Source: Arenimonas sp.
GTDB lineage: Bacteria; Pseudomonadota; Gammaproteobacteria; Xanthomonadales; Xanthomonadaceae
Assembly (NCBI RefSeq): GCF_035312645.1
Contig: NZ_DATGBO010000042.1
Coordinates: 27,701-91,700, forward strand
DNA length: 64,000 nt
Direction of reading: 5' to 3'
The position numbers and the translations under genes are program-made. Shown here one piece after another: positions 52,651 through 62,531 of this stretch (positions within the stretch are counted from its first letter, which is position 1; every line of letters starts with the position of its first letter). Under the pieces are notes generated by a model that was given only the letters and a program-made list of their open reading frames with translations, was not told where the DNA came from and did not search any database.

Positions 52651-53166
52651 GTGTCAGACATCAATAATCCCTATGCCGCGCCCGCGGCACAGGTGTTTCG
52701 TGCTGCATCCGTCTCCGGCCTGTCGCTGGCCGAGCGCGGCAGTCGCCTCGCCGCCGTCATCGTCGATTCGTTGATCACCTTTGCGCTCTACCTGCCACTG
52801 CTGATCGGCGTGCTCGTTTCCGATGGCAGGCAGGGCGATGCGCATGAAACTCCGGTGGCGCTGATCATCGGTGGCCTGATTTCCGTCGTCGGCGCGATCG
52901 CCCTGATCGTCTACACGGTGCAACTGGTGAGCCAACGTGGCCAGACCATCGGCAAGCGCGCGCTCGACATAAAGGTCGTCCGCGGCGATGACTCGCCGAT
53001 CGGACTGGGCCGCAGCTTCTGGCTGCGCAACTTCGTTCCCGCCCTGATCGGTATCGTGCCCCTGCTCGGCCCGATGTTCTCCCTCGTCGATATCCTGATG
53101 ATCTTCAGCGACGACCGCCGCTGCCTGCATGACCGCATCGCCGACACCAAGGTCGTCAAGAGCTGA
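52651..53166 (+). CDS. RDD family membrane protein
   Basis: NPYAAP, LAERGSRLAA.IVD, GQTIGKRAL.IKVV, RCLHDRIADTKVV; GTG start after an AGGGG RBS. Confidence 0.85.
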   Translation: MSDINNPYAAPAAQVFRAASVSGLSLAERGSRLAAVIVDSLITFALYLPLLIGVLVSDGRQGDAHETPVALIIGGLISVVGAIALIVYTVQLVSQRGQTIGKRALDIKVVRGDDSPIGLGRSFWLRNFVPALIGIVPLLGPMFSLVDILMIFSDDRRCLHDRIADTKVVKS

Positions 53167-53864
53167 TGCCGACCGCTGCACCGCCGCTCGACACCTTGCG
53201 CGAAGTCGAAACACCGGAAGGCGTGGCGCTGACCTTGCGTGCCGCCGGCCCGGTGCCGCGGGCGCTGGCCTGGCTGATCGACTTCACGCTGCGGCTCGGC
53301 ATTGTCTGGGTCGTGGCAATGATCACGACCCTGCTCGGCCATGCCGGCAATGGCGTGATGGCGGTGATCGTGTTCCTGGTCTACTGGGGTTATCCGATCG
53401 CGCTCGAGGTGTTGTTCAACGGCCAGACCTTGGGCAAGCGCGTGATGGGCCTGCGCGTGATCCGCGACAACGGCGCGCCGATCGGCTGGATCCCGTCGAT
53501 CGTGCGCAACCTCATGCGTAGCGTCGACATGTTTCCGGCGATGTACGGTTTCGGCCTCGCCAGCTGCCTGATCGATCGTCACGCGCGCCGGCTCGGCGAC
53601 ATTGTCGCCGGCACCCTGGTCGTGCATGTCGATCCGCCGGAGCGCGTGCTGTATGCCCCCGAGGTTCCGCCGCTGCCGCTGCCAGTGCTGCTGTTGCGCG
53701 AAGAACAATCGGCGCTGGTCGCATTCGCCGAACGCGCGCCTTTGATCACCCGTGAGCGCCAGGAAGAACTCGCCAACCTGCTGGCACCGCTGACCGGCGC
53801 TGCCGGTTCGCTGGGCGTGCAGCGCTTGTTCGGCTACGCCAACGGCTTGCTGGGGCGGCGATGA
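53166..53864 (+). CDS. RDD family membrane protein
   Basis: ETPEGV.L, RALAWLID, GQTLGKRVMGLRV, RRLGDIVAGTLVV. Confidence 0.88.
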   Translation: MPTAAPPLDTLREVETPEGVALTLRAAGPVPRALAWLIDFTLRLGIVWVVAMITTLLGHAGNGVMAVIVFLVYWGYPIALEVLFNGQTLGKRVMGLRVIRDNGAPIGWIPSIVRNLMRSVDMFPAMYGFGLASCLIDRHARRLGDIVAGTLVVHVDPPERVLYAPEVPPLPLPVLLLREEQSALVAFAERAPLITRERQEELANLLAPLTGAAGSLGVQRLFGYANGLLGRR

Positions 53865-54865
53865 AGCAGGAAGTTTTCATCGCCCGCCACGCCCAGGAAT
53901 GGGCCACGCTCGAGCGCTGGCTGGACCGCTACGAGGGTTCGCGCCGCAGCAGCAAGTCGCGGCTCTCGCCTTCCGAAGACGGCCCCACCGAACTGGAATT
54001 CCCCGCGCGCTACCGTCGTCTTTGCCAGCAATTGGCGATCGCCAGCGGTCGCGGTTACAGCCCGCTGGTGGTCAATCGCCTGCAGGCGCTGATGGAGCGC
54101 GGCCACGGCGTGATGTACCGGCCGCCAGCGCCGCGCTGGCGCACCGTCGCCGATTACGTGCTCGCGGGTTTTCCGCGACTGGTGCGCGCTAACGCGCGCT
54201 GCATGCTGCTGGCGGCACTGCTGCTGTATGTGCCGATGCTGTCGATGATCGGCGCGATGCAGGTGTATCCGGAACTCGCGCATGCGTTTTTCAGTCCGGC
54301 CGAACAGGCGCAGTTCGAGGAAATGTACGACCCGACCGCCGCGCATGTCGGCCGCGATCGCGAAGCCAGCGGCGACATGGAAATGTTCGGCCTGTACATC
54401 TGGAACAACGTCAGCATCGGCTTCCGCACGTTCGCCAGCGGCCTGGTTTTTGGCATCGGCGCGATCGTCGTGCTGGTGATGAATGGCGTGAGCATCGGTG
54501 CCGTCGCCGGACACCTGCAGGCGATCGGCTATGGCGCGCCGTTTTGGAAATTCGTGGTCGGACACTCGGCGTTCGAGCTCACCGCCGTCGTGATCTGCGG
54601 CGGCGCCGGCCTGCGCCTCGGGCTTGCGCTGATCGCGCCCGGCCGCCAGACCCGCGGCCGCGCCCTGGTCGAGGCCGGTGTCGTCGGCGCGCAACTGGCG
54701 ATGGGCGGATTCGCGATGCTGGTCTGCGCGGCGTTCATCGAAGCGTTCTGGTCGTCGAACGGCGCCTTGCCGGCAGTGGTGAAATACAGCGTCGGCGCCG
54801 TGTTGTGGTCGATCGTGTTGTTCTGGTTGTGGCGTGGCGGCCGGGGCGTGGTCGATGCGCATTGA
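53861..54865 (+). CDS. Stage II sporulation protein M (SpoIIM)-like membrane protein
   Basis: YRRLCQQLA, YIWNNVSIGF, VVGHSAFELTA, AAFIEAFWS. Confidence 0.82.
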   Translation: MKQEVFIARHAQEWATLERWLDRYEGSRRSSKSRLSPSEDGPTELEFPARYRRLCQQLAIASGRGYSPLVVNRLQALMERGHGVMYRPPAPRWRTVADYVLAGFPRLVRANARCMLLAALLLYVPMLSMIGAMQVYPELAHAFFSPAEQAQFEEMYDPTAAHVGRDREASGDMEMFGLYIWNNVSIGFRTFASGLVFGIGAIVVLVMNGVSIGAVAGHLQAIGYGAPFWKFVVGHSAFELTAVVICGGAGLRLGLALIAPGRQTRGRALVEAGVVGAQLAMGGFAMLVCAAFIEAFWSSNGALPAVVKYSVGAVLWSIVLFWLWRGGRGVVDAH

Positions 54866-56429
54866 TTCGGTCCGCATCGCGCTGCGCCCGCGCATGCCCT
54901 GGGAAGCCATCGATCTCGGCCTGAGCCTGGTGCGCCAGCATGCTGGCGCGATCTGGGGGCCGTGGTTGCTGGTCAGCCTGCCAGTGCTGCTTGTGCTCAA
55001 TGCGCTGGCCTGGTGGATCGATACGCCCTGGCTGGCACTGGTGCTGATGTGGTGGCTCAAGCCAGTGTTCGATCGCGTGCCGCTTTACGTGTTGTCGCGC
55101 GCGGTGTTCGGCCCGGCACCGGGCTGGCGCGAAACCCTGCGCGCACAGGCGAACTGGGGGTGGCGTGCGCTCTGGCCGACGCTGCTGTGGCGACGTCTGG
55201 ATCCATTGCGCAGCCTGCACCTGCCGATCGATCAGCTCGAAGGCCTGCAGGGCGCGCGACGTTCGCAACGGCGCGGCGTGTTGCGCTCGGCGGTGTCCGG
55301 GCCTGCGCTCGTGCTCACCTTCATGCTGCTGTTGTTCGTGCTGGCGCTGTTCGCCTCGTTCTGGATGTTGGTGCTGATGTTCGTGCCCAGCGAATTGCTC
55401 AGCGATTCGGCCAAGGAGTTGTGGGAAACCTTCTTCGCCTCGCCGCCGACCTGGGCGTTGCTGGTCGGCAACGGCGTGTTGTGGTTGGCGGAAACCGCGG
55501 TGGAACCGTTCTATGTCGGCGGCGGATTCGGCCTGTATCTCAACCGCCGCATCCATATCGAGGCCTGGGATCTGGAACTCGGTTTCCGGCGCCTGATCGC
55601 GCGCCTGCGCGATGCCACGCAAGGCCTCGGCGTCGCGGCATTGCTGATGCTCTCGCTACTCGTATGCGTGGGCCTGCCGATGCCGGCAACGGCGGCAGTC
55701 GTACCCGCCAAGATCGCCGACAGCAAAACCGCCGCAGCGGAAAAAACTACGTCGGCGCGGTCGTATCAGCAGGTCTTCGGAGCGGAATATCGTGACGGCT
55801 CCGAAGCCTTCGGCAGCGCAGTGAAGAAGGGCTTCCAGGATCCGCTGCTCGGCGAGAACAAGACCGTGACGTCCTGGCAGCTCAAGAAGCGCTGGGAATT
55901 CAAGCCCGACAAGAGCGAACGCGAACCGCCCGCCTGGCTCAAGGGTCTGGGCGAAGTGTTCGGCATGATCGGCGAATACGGCCTGTGGCTGATCGTCGCG
56001 GTCATCGCGATCTTCATCCTGTTCAATCTGCCGCGCTGGTTCCCCTGGGTACGCGACAAATTCCAGCGCCAGAGTGTCGATCCGGTCAGCGAGCAACGCA
56101 TCGAATTGCCGGTGAAGCTGCCCGACGATCTTCCCGCCGGCGTGCGCAAACTCTGGCGCGAAGGCCAGCGTCGCGAAGCCCTGGCCCTGCTCTATCGCGC
56201 CTGCGTGGTCGGCCTCGCGCAACGCCTCGGCGCGCCGCTGCCGCCCGGCACCACCGAGGCACAATGCCTGCGGCGCGCGCGCGGTCTCAACGACAACGAC
56301 AGCGAGCAGCGCCTGCGCGACATCGTGCGCACCTGGCAGTACGCCGCGTACGCCGGCCGCTGGCCCAGCGACGACGAACTCGATGCCCTGCTCGGCGACT
56401 GGCCGCGACATTTCGGCGGTGCGCGATGA
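54855..56429 (+). CDS. Membrane protein with C-terminal DUF4129-like domain
   Basis: LRPR.PWEA.DLG, LYLNRRIHIEAWDLEL, REALALLYRA, TEAQCL, WQYAAYAG. Confidence 0.75.
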   Translation: MRIDSVRIALRPRMPWEAIDLGLSLVRQHAGAIWGPWLLVSLPVLLVLNALAWWIDTPWLALVLMWWLKPVFDRVPLYVLSRAVFGPAPGWRETLRAQANWGWRALWPTLLWRRLDPLRSLHLPIDQLEGLQGARRSQRRGVLRSAVSGPALVLTFMLLLFVLALFASFWMLVLMFVPSELLSDSAKELWETFFASPPTWALLVGNGVLWLAETAVEPFYVGGGFGLYLNRRIHIEAWDLELGFRRLIARLRDATQGLGVAALLMLSLLVCVGLPMPATAAVVPAKIADSKTAAAEKTTSARSYQQVFGAEYRDGSEAFGSAVKKGFQDPLLGENKTVTSWQLKKRWEFKPDKSEREPPAWLKGLGEVFGMIGEYGLWLIVAVIAIFILFNLPRWFPWVRDKFQRQSVDPVSEQRIELPVKLPDDLPAGVRKLWREGQRREALALLYRACVVGLAQRLGAPLPPGTTEAQCLRRARGLNDNDSEQRLRDIVRTWQYAAYAGRWPSDDELDALLGDWPRHFGGAR

Positions 56430-57562
56430 ATCGCCGCCGCTGGCTGTTCCCTTTGCTGATCGTTGCCGTGATCGCAGTCGCCGTCACGGCCTTTCTGGTG
56501 CTGTTCGAGCAGGTGCCGCAGACGCTGCGTTCGCCGCCGACCGGCGCGGGCCGCTACAACCCGTTGTATGCGCTCGAGCGCAGCCTGGTCGCGCACGGCA
56601 TCGACGCGCACTCGCATCGTCGGCTGGAACTGGCGGCGATGAAACTGCAGCCCGGCGACGGCTTGCTGCTTTACACCGATCCGCGCCTGCTCAGCCAAGC
56701 GCAGGCCGCGGCCGTACTCGCCTGGGTCGACAACGGCGGCCATCTGGTCGTCACCATGCCGCCCAATGACGGTGGCAAACCTGGCGCATTGCTCGAAGAT
56801 ATCGGCGTGAGCGCTTTCGGATACGACGAGGATGCCGGCGGACTTGCGTCTTCATCCTGCGAGTCGCTCACGATGAATCGAGGCGCATCCGCGCGGGACA
56901 TGCTCTGCAGCGACAGCCGTTTTCTTCCGCCAAAAAATGGCGTGCTGGCGACCTGGGGCAACGACGAACGTGGCTATGCCTATGCCCGTTTTGCGCGCGG
57001 GCGCGGCAGCGTGGACGTACTGGCGGATCTCGATTTCCTCGACAGCGATCATCTAGATCGCGATCTCAACTGGCAACTTGCCTATCAGGTGCTCGCGCCG
57101 GCGTTTCCGAAAGGCCGACTGCATCTGGTCTACAACGCCGACGTGCCCTCGTTCTGGCGCATCGTGCTGGCGCATGGCTGGCAGGTTCTTCTCGGTCTCG
57201 CGTTGATGATCGCGACTTGGATCGCGATGCGCAGCCAACGTTTCGGGCCGCTGCAACCAGCGGCAGCGCCACCGCGACGCGCGCTGCTCGAACACGTGCA
57301 GGCCGCCGGCGAACACGCTTGGCGACGCGGTGCCGCGCGCGGCCTGCATGCCGCGCTGCGCGATGCGTTTCTCGCACGCCTGCGCCGTCGTGATCCGATG
57401 GCGATCGCGCTGCAGGGCGAAGCGCGCATCGACTACCTCGCGAAAAAACTCGATACCAGCACGCTGCGCGTGCGCAACGCGCTGGTGCCGCCACCGATCT
57501 TCCACGCCGAAAGTTTCCGCGAGGCCATGGCCACGCTCATCCAATTGGGACTCCGCATATGA
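56426..57562 (+). CDS. DUF4350-like domain membrane protein
   Basis: N-terminal TM, LAWVDNGGHLVV, C-terminal TM then RFGP....RRALLEH; position in the conserved cluster. Confidence 0.72.
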   Translation: MNRRRWLFPLLIVAVIAVAVTAFLVLFEQVPQTLRSPPTGAGRYNPLYALERSLVAHGIDAHSHRRLELAAMKLQPGDGLLLYTDPRLLSQAQAAAVLAWVDNGGHLVVTMPPNDGGKPGALLEDIGVSAFGYDEDAGGLASSSCESLTMNRGASARDMLCSDSRFLPPKNGVLATWGNDERGYAYARFARGRGSVDVLADLDFLDSDHLDRDLNWQLAYQVLAPAFPKGRLHLVYNADVPSFWRIVLAHGWQVLLGLALMIATWIAMRSQRFGPLQPAAAPPRRALLEHVQAAGEHAWRRGAARGLHAALRDAFLARLRRRDPMAIALQGEARIDYLAKKLDTSTLRVRNALVPPPIFHAESFREAMATLIQLGLRI

Positions 57563-58545
57563 CCACCGATACTCCCGTCGCTTTCTTCACCGCCGCCGAA
57601 CTCGGCGAACGCATCGCGGCGGTACGCGCTGAAGTCGAACAGGCTTTTGTCGGCCAACCCAAGGTGCTCGACCAGGTCTTGATGGCCTTGCTCGCCGGCG
57701 GCCACGTGCTGCTCGAAGGCGTGCCTGGGCTCGGCAAGACCTTGCTGGTACGCGCGCTCGCGGCAGCGATGGACTGTGGTTTCTCCCGTGTGCAGTTCAC
57801 GCCCGATCTGATGCCCAGCGATGTCAGCGGCCATGCGGTCTACGATCCGAAAACCGAGAGCTTCAAGATCCGCCGCGGCCCGGTGTTCACCAATCTCCTG
57901 CTCGCCGACGAAATCAATCGCGCGCCGGCGAAAACCCAGGCGGCGTTGCTGGAAGTGATGCAGGAGCAGCAGGTCACCATCGAAGGAAAAAGCTTTCTGC
58001 TGTCGCCGCCGTTCATGGCGATCGCCACGCAGAACCCGGTCGAACAGGAAGGCACGTATCCGTTGCCGGAGGCGCAGCTCGACCGCTTCCTGGTGAAGGT
58101 ACTGCTCGATTATCCGGACCTCGCCAACGAAGTGCGCATGGTCGCCGAGGTCAGCACCGGGCGCACGGCCACCGATTTCGATCTGTCCAAGGTCAAGCGC
58201 GTGCTCGGGCCTGCCGATATCGTCGCGATGCAACGCGGCACCGCCATGGTGACGATCGATGAGGCGGTGATCGACTACGCCGTGCGCATCGTGCGCGCCA
58301 CGCGCGAATGGCCGGGGCTGGCGATGGGCGCGGGGCCGCGCGGCTCACTGGCGTTGGTGCGACTGGCGCGCGCGCAGGCAGTGATGGACGGCCGCGATTT
58401 CGTCACGCCCGACGACCTGCGCACGATCGCCAAACCCGGACTGCGGCATCGTCTCGCGCTGGCGCCGGAGCTGCAGATCGAAGGCCAGCGCGTCGATCAG
58501 GTGCTTGATGCGCTGCTCGCGAAAGTGGATGCGCCACGACGATGA
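57559..58545 (+). CDS. MoxR family AAA+ ATPase
   Basis: HVLLEGVPGLGKT, RVQFTPDLMPSD, LLADEINRA, ATQNPVEQEGTYPLPEAQLDRF. Confidence 0.95.
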   Translation: MTTDTPVAFFTAAELGERIAAVRAEVEQAFVGQPKVLDQVLMALLAGGHVLLEGVPGLGKTLLVRALAAAMDCGFSRVQFTPDLMPSDVSGHAVYDPKTESFKIRRGPVFTNLLLADEINRAPAKTQAALLEVMQEQQVTIEGKSFLLSPPFMAIATQNPVEQEGTYPLPEAQLDRFLVKVLLDYPDLANEVRMVAEVSTGRTATDFDLSKVKRVLGPADIVAMQRGTAMVTIDEAVIDYAVRIVRATREWPGLAMGAGPRGSLALVRLARAQAVMDGRDFVTPDDLRTIAKPGLRHRLALAPELQIEGQRVDQVLDALLAKVDAPRR

Positions 58546-59846
58546 GACCGGCGCCCGCCCTCGTCTGGGCGTTCCTGCTGCTGGCGCTGCTCGGCATTCC
58601 CGTCGCCTGGGGTTACCTGCCGATGGCGGCGTGGCTGATCAGCGGCGCGGCGTTGCTGGTGCTGGCTGTGCTCGATGGTTGGCAGTTGTTGTCGCGCGCG
58701 ACGCCGCAGGTTGAGCGCGATCTGCCGGCGATCCTGCCGCTGGGTCCGGAACGCGAAGTGACACTGCGCCTGCGCAGTGATTCGCGCTTCGGCCAACGCG
58801 TGAGCGTGCACGACCTGCATCCGGGCGATTGGCCGGTGCGCGGCCTGCCGCGGGCGGTGAGCCTGCATCCGGGCAAGGAATCGGCGTTCACCTATCACGT
58901 GTTGCCGATGCGCCGCGGCGCTTTCGTCTTCGAGGGCTGTCATTTGCGTCTGTGGTCGGCGCTGCGCTTGTGGACGCGGCAACGCACCTTGCCGCTGCGT
59001 TCGCCGGTGAAGGTGTATCCGAATTTCGCGCCGCTGGCGAAGTACGCGCTGTTCAGTGCCGAACAGGCCTCGCGCATGGTCGGCGCGCATCTGCAGCGCC
59101 GCCGCGGCGACGGCACCGATTTCCACCAGATGCGCGAATACCGCGTCGGTGACAGCCTGCGTCAGATCGACTGGAAGGCGACCTCGCGCGCGCACCGGCT
59201 GATCTCGCGCGAGTACCAGGAAGAACGCAACCAGCAGGTCGTGCTGCTGCTCGACACCGGCCGGCGCATGCTCGCGCACGATGGTCGCATCGCCCATTTC
59301 GATCACGTGTTGAATGCCTCGCTGGTGCTGTCGTATCTCGCGTTGCGCCAAGGCGATGCCGTCGGCCTGATGGCGCACGGCGGCGCGGCGCGCTGGCTGC
59401 CGCCACAGCGCGGTCTGGGCACGATCGATGCGCTGATGGCGACGCTGTACGATCTCGAGGCGCAGCCGGTCGCCACCGACTATCTCGAGGCCGCGACCCG
59501 GCTCGCGCAGCGCCAGCGTCGCCGCGCACTGGTGATGCTGATCACCAACGGGCGCGACGAAGACATCGAAGACCTGCTCGCCGCCGTCAACCTGTTGCGC
59601 AAGAAACACCTGGTCTGCGTCGCCAGCCTGCGCGAACAGGCGCTGGACGAAACCCTGCAGCAGCCGGTGAACGATCTGTCCGGCGCGATCCGCGCCGGCG
59701 CTGTCGCCAACTATCTCGACGAACGCCGCCGCGCCCACGATGCGCTGCGCCAGCACGGCATCACCGTGCTCGACGTCACCTGCGCGGAGTTGCCGGCCGC
59801 GCTGGTCGAACGCTATCTCGCGATCAAGCGCCAGGGCCGCTTGTAG
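58542..59846 (+). CDS. DUF58 domain (vWA-like) protein
   Basis: VKVYPNF, GTDFHQMREYRVGD.LRQIDWKAT, VVLLLDTGRRM. Confidence 0.88.
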   Translation: MRPAPALVWAFLLLALLGIPVAWGYLPMAAWLISGAALLVLAVLDGWQLLSRATPQVERDLPAILPLGPEREVTLRLRSDSRFGQRVSVHDLHPGDWPVRGLPRAVSLHPGKESAFTYHVLPMRRGAFVFEGCHLRLWSALRLWTRQRTLPLRSPVKVYPNFAPLAKYALFSAEQASRMVGAHLQRRRGDGTDFHQMREYRVGDSLRQIDWKATSRAHRLISREYQEERNQQVVLLLDTGRRMLAHDGRIAHFDHVLNASLVLSYLALRQGDAVGLMAHGGAARWLPPQRGLGTIDALMATLYDLEAQPVATDYLEAATRLAQRQRRRALVMLITNGRDEDIEDLLAAVNLLRKKHLVCVASLREQALDETLQQPVNDLSGAIRAGAVANYLDERRRAHDALRQHGITVLDVTCAELPAALVERYLAIKRQGRL

Positions 59847-59889
59847 GTGTAGGTGTAGGTGTAGGCGTAGGCGTAGGCGTAGGCGTAGG
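59842..59889. repeat. Tandem hexamer array (TGTAGG)4(CGTAGG)4
   Basis: GTAGG at 59843, 59849, 59855, 59861, 59867, 59873, 59879, 59885. Confidence 0.92.
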
Positions 59890-59938
59890 AGCCAGCTTGC
59901 TGGCGATACCGGCGGGTCGCCAGCAAGCTGGCTCCTAC
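59885..59938. repeat. GTAG-type REP doublet
   Basis: GTAGGAGCCAGCTTGCTGGCGA..TCGCCAGCAAGCTGGCTCCTAC perfect inverted arms. Confidence 0.9.
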
Positions 59939-59941
59939 GAA

Positions 59942-60445
59942 TTATTTTTCGGGCGCGTCCTGCTTCTTTTCGGCGGTGGCCTTCACGTCGAACGTCACGC
60001 CTTCGAGGATCTTCAGCGTCGCGGCGAATTCCTCGGCGTTCGCGGCGCTGATCCAGACATGCGCGACGCCATCGCTTTCGCTCTCGCCGAAGCTGATCAA
60101 GGTATCGCGCGCGTAGGCGCCTTGCTTTTCGTCCGGCGAAGCGTTGTACCAGGTGACTTCATACGGGCCGATATGACTGGTCTCGGCCTTGTTCTTTTCT
60201 TCGTGCAGATAGCTCGGGTGCTGGCCGAGATACACGCCGAACACTTGCTGGTCGCCACGCATCGCACGGCAGACATCGAAATCGGGGCCTGTCGTGTGCT
60301 TCCAGGTCAGCCCGGATTTCGCCGGCAGGTGCGGACAGATCGCCGCGGCTTCATTGGCAGCGGCGCTGGGAGCCGCCGTCTTGGCGAAGGCGACGCCGGT
60401 GAGCGCGCAGAGGATCAACGCAACGGATAACGATATTTTTTTCAT
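59942..60445 (-). CDS. Hypothetical secreted protein
   Basis: Clear signal peptide MKKISLSVALILCALTGVAFA; two Cys; no family recognised. Confidence 0.65.
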   Translation of the reverse strand: MKKISLSVALILCALTGVAFAKTAAPSAAANEAAAICPHLPAKSGLTWKHTTGPDFDVCRAMRGDQQVFGVYLGQHPSYLHEEKNKAETSHIGPYEVTWYNASPDEKQGAYARDTLISFGESESDGVAHVWISAANAEEFAATLKILEGVTFDVKATAEKKQDAPEK

Positions 60446-60595
60446 GGTCGTGATTCTCAGGGGCGCGAGGAAAGCAGTCGGAAGGTCATGCTGGTGATTC
60501 AGCGACGTGTGCGGAAATGATTGCGGAGGCGTATCCGGAACGTACGATTACTCGTCGCGCACGTCATCCCCTCCTCCTTTGCCTGCAGGGAGGAG

Positions 60596-61069
60596 CTAGC
60601 CGGCCCGCGTGCAAGTCACTGCATCCGTTGTGGTCGCCTCGACCGGTTGCGTGACCAGGTGTTTGCCGGCTTCGAGCACTTTCTTCTTCGCCCAATTCTT
60701 GCGCTTCAGGCGGGCATTCGCATCTTCCTGGCCCATCGCCAGGGTGTAGTCGCGGCTGTCCGAGGAAATGAACTTCGCCGAATCGAAATGGATGTCGATG
60801 ATGCCATCGGCCAATTTCCAACTGCCCTGCAGGCGCGTGCGCGTGGTCACCGACAGGCCGCCCTGGATCATCGTCGCGGTCGACAGCTCCGAGAACGAGC
60901 CGTCCTTCGCATACGCCGGCTCATCGACAATATTCACCGTCGTGTCCGGACCCTTGATCGAATACTGACCGCATTTCCATTGCCCGGCGATGTCGGCGGG
61001 TGCAACGGCGGCGCAACAGGGCGAGGCGATCGACGCCAGCGCAGCGGCAGCGAGAATTTTCCTGATCAT
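60596..61069 (-). CDS. Hypothetical secreted protein (possible beta-barrel/lipocalin-like)
   Basis: Signal peptide, IAGQWKC motif, LQGSWKL; no family assigned. Confidence 0.6.
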   Translation of the reverse strand: MIRKILAAAALASIASPCCAAVAPADIAGQWKCGQYSIKGPDTTVNIVDEPAYAKDGSFSELSTATMIQGGLSVTTRTRLQGSWKLADGIIDIHFDSAKFISSDSRDYTLAMGQEDANARLKRKNWAKKKVLEAGKHLVTQPVEATTTDAVTCTRAG

Positions 61070-61196
61070 GGGGATGCCAGCATGTCGTGATGGGGTTGCG
61101 CATTCTAGACCCAGGCGAAACCGACTTGCCCGTTCAGGTTCTCCACCTGATCGAATCAATCTTTTGCAGGAAAGAGACCGCCAGACGGAGTCGCGT

Positions 61197-61529
61197 TCAC
61201 GGCACGAACGCCTCGACGGCCGTCACTGCCGCGACCGCGATCATCCCGTACACGTGCGGATACCAGTCGCCACTCGCTGCGCTCCATTCGTAGCGCACTG
61301 CGTCGCCCAGTGCTGCCGAATCGAGCGTCAGCCGCAGCAAATTCGTCCGGCCCTGCAGGTGTCGCTGCGCGACGCCGGCGATCTGCGCTGCGGTGGCGCA
61401 ATGGATGAAGCCTTCGCGTTGCCAGCCGATGGGCGCGTACACGCCGCTGTCTTTCTGCGCCATCCACTGCTCGGCGTCGGCGAAGTGATGGATCAGCGCG
61501 GGGCGTTCGACGGGTGCGGAATCATTCAC
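61197..61529 (-). CDS. DUF952 domain protein
   Basis: IHH....W, EGFIHCAT..Q, LLRLTLD, YEW....YPHVYG; GTG start inferred. Confidence 0.82.
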   Translation of the reverse strand: MNDSAPVERPALIHHFADAEQWMAQKDSGVYAPIGWQREGFIHCATAAQIAGVAQRHLQGRTNLLRLTLDSAALGDAVRYEWSAASGDWYPHVYGMIAVAAVTAVEAFVP

Positions 61530-61554
61530 GTGCAATCGCCGCGATGCGACCGGC

Positions 61555-62397
61555 TTAGTCCGCCGTCGCCAATGCCGCCGAGCGCTGCTGCAGCGAGTCG
61601 AACACCGGATCGGTTTCCGGACGTACGCCGTGCCAGCGTTCAAAACTTTCCGCGGCTTGTTCGACCAGCATGCCGAGACCATCGACCACGTGCTTGCAGC
61701 CGGCGCTGCGCGCCCAGGCGAGGAAGGCGATCGCGGCTTCGCCATAGCTGAGATCGACGGCGAGCGCGCGTGGCGCCAACAAGGCCATCGGCAGGTTCAT
61801 CGTCAACGAATCGCGGCCCATCGAAGTGGCGTTGATGATCAGATCGAACGCGCCCTGGTTGCCAAGATCGCTCCAGTAGCGCGAATGCACGCGGCCGGGC
61901 TGGCCCAGCGCATCGCAGAGCGCATCGGCCTTGGCTGGACTGCGGTTGATGATGAACAACTCGCCGATACCTGCATCGAGCAGCGCGGGCGCAACGCCAT
62001 GCGCCGCGCCACCGGCGCCGAGCAATAACGTGCGACGTTCACGCAGGTCGAATTCGCGACGCTCGGTGAGGTCGCGGACCAGACCGGCGCCATCGGTGTT
62101 GTCGCCATCCCAGCCGTGTTCGGTGCGGATCAGCGTGTTGACCGCGCCGGCGCGCTCGGCGCGCTCGCTGAGGTGTTCGCAGAGCACGAGTGCCATCTGT
62201 TTATGCGGCAACGTGATGTTGGCACCACGGCCGCCGGCGCGGGCGAAGGCCTCGAGCGCGTCGTGGAAATCATCGACGGCGACATCGATCGCCTGGTAAT
62301 CGAGCGCGATACCGGTCTGCCTGCCGAACGCGGCGTGGATCTTCGGCGACAGGGAATGCGCGACCGGATGACCGAAGACGGCGTAGCGTGAAGTCAT
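61555..62397 (-). CDS. aroE: Shikimate dehydrogenase
   Basis: [53 protein letters not shown]. Confidence 0.95.
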   Translation of the reverse strand: MTSRYAVFGHPVAHSLSPKIHAAFGRQTGIALDYQAIDVAVDDFHDALEAFARAGGRGANITLPHKQMALVLCEHLSERAERAGAVNTLIRTEHGWDGDNTDGAGLVRDLTERREFDLRERRTLLLGAGGAAHGVAPALLDAGIGELFIINRSPAKADALCDALGQPGRVHSRYWSDLGNQGAFDLIINATSMGRDSLTMNLPMALLAPRALAVDLSYGEAAIAFLAWARSAGCKHVVDGLGMLVEQAAESFERWHGVRPETDPVFDSLQQRSAALATAD

Positions 62398-62531
62398 CGC
62401 AACTCTCCCTGGCAGAAAATGACGAGTACCGCGTCCGCAACCACTGAAGCCAGACTCTACTCCCGTCGCCGGCCGAACCGCACCTGCAAGTTTCATCCGC
62501 CATCGCGACTTGCCGGGTGCGCGCTGTCACG

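Noticed and set aside
59842-59889. Telomere-like (TTAGGG) origin of the hexamer array
   Set aside because: The unit is YGTAGG and continues directly into a REP terminus, which explains it more simply.
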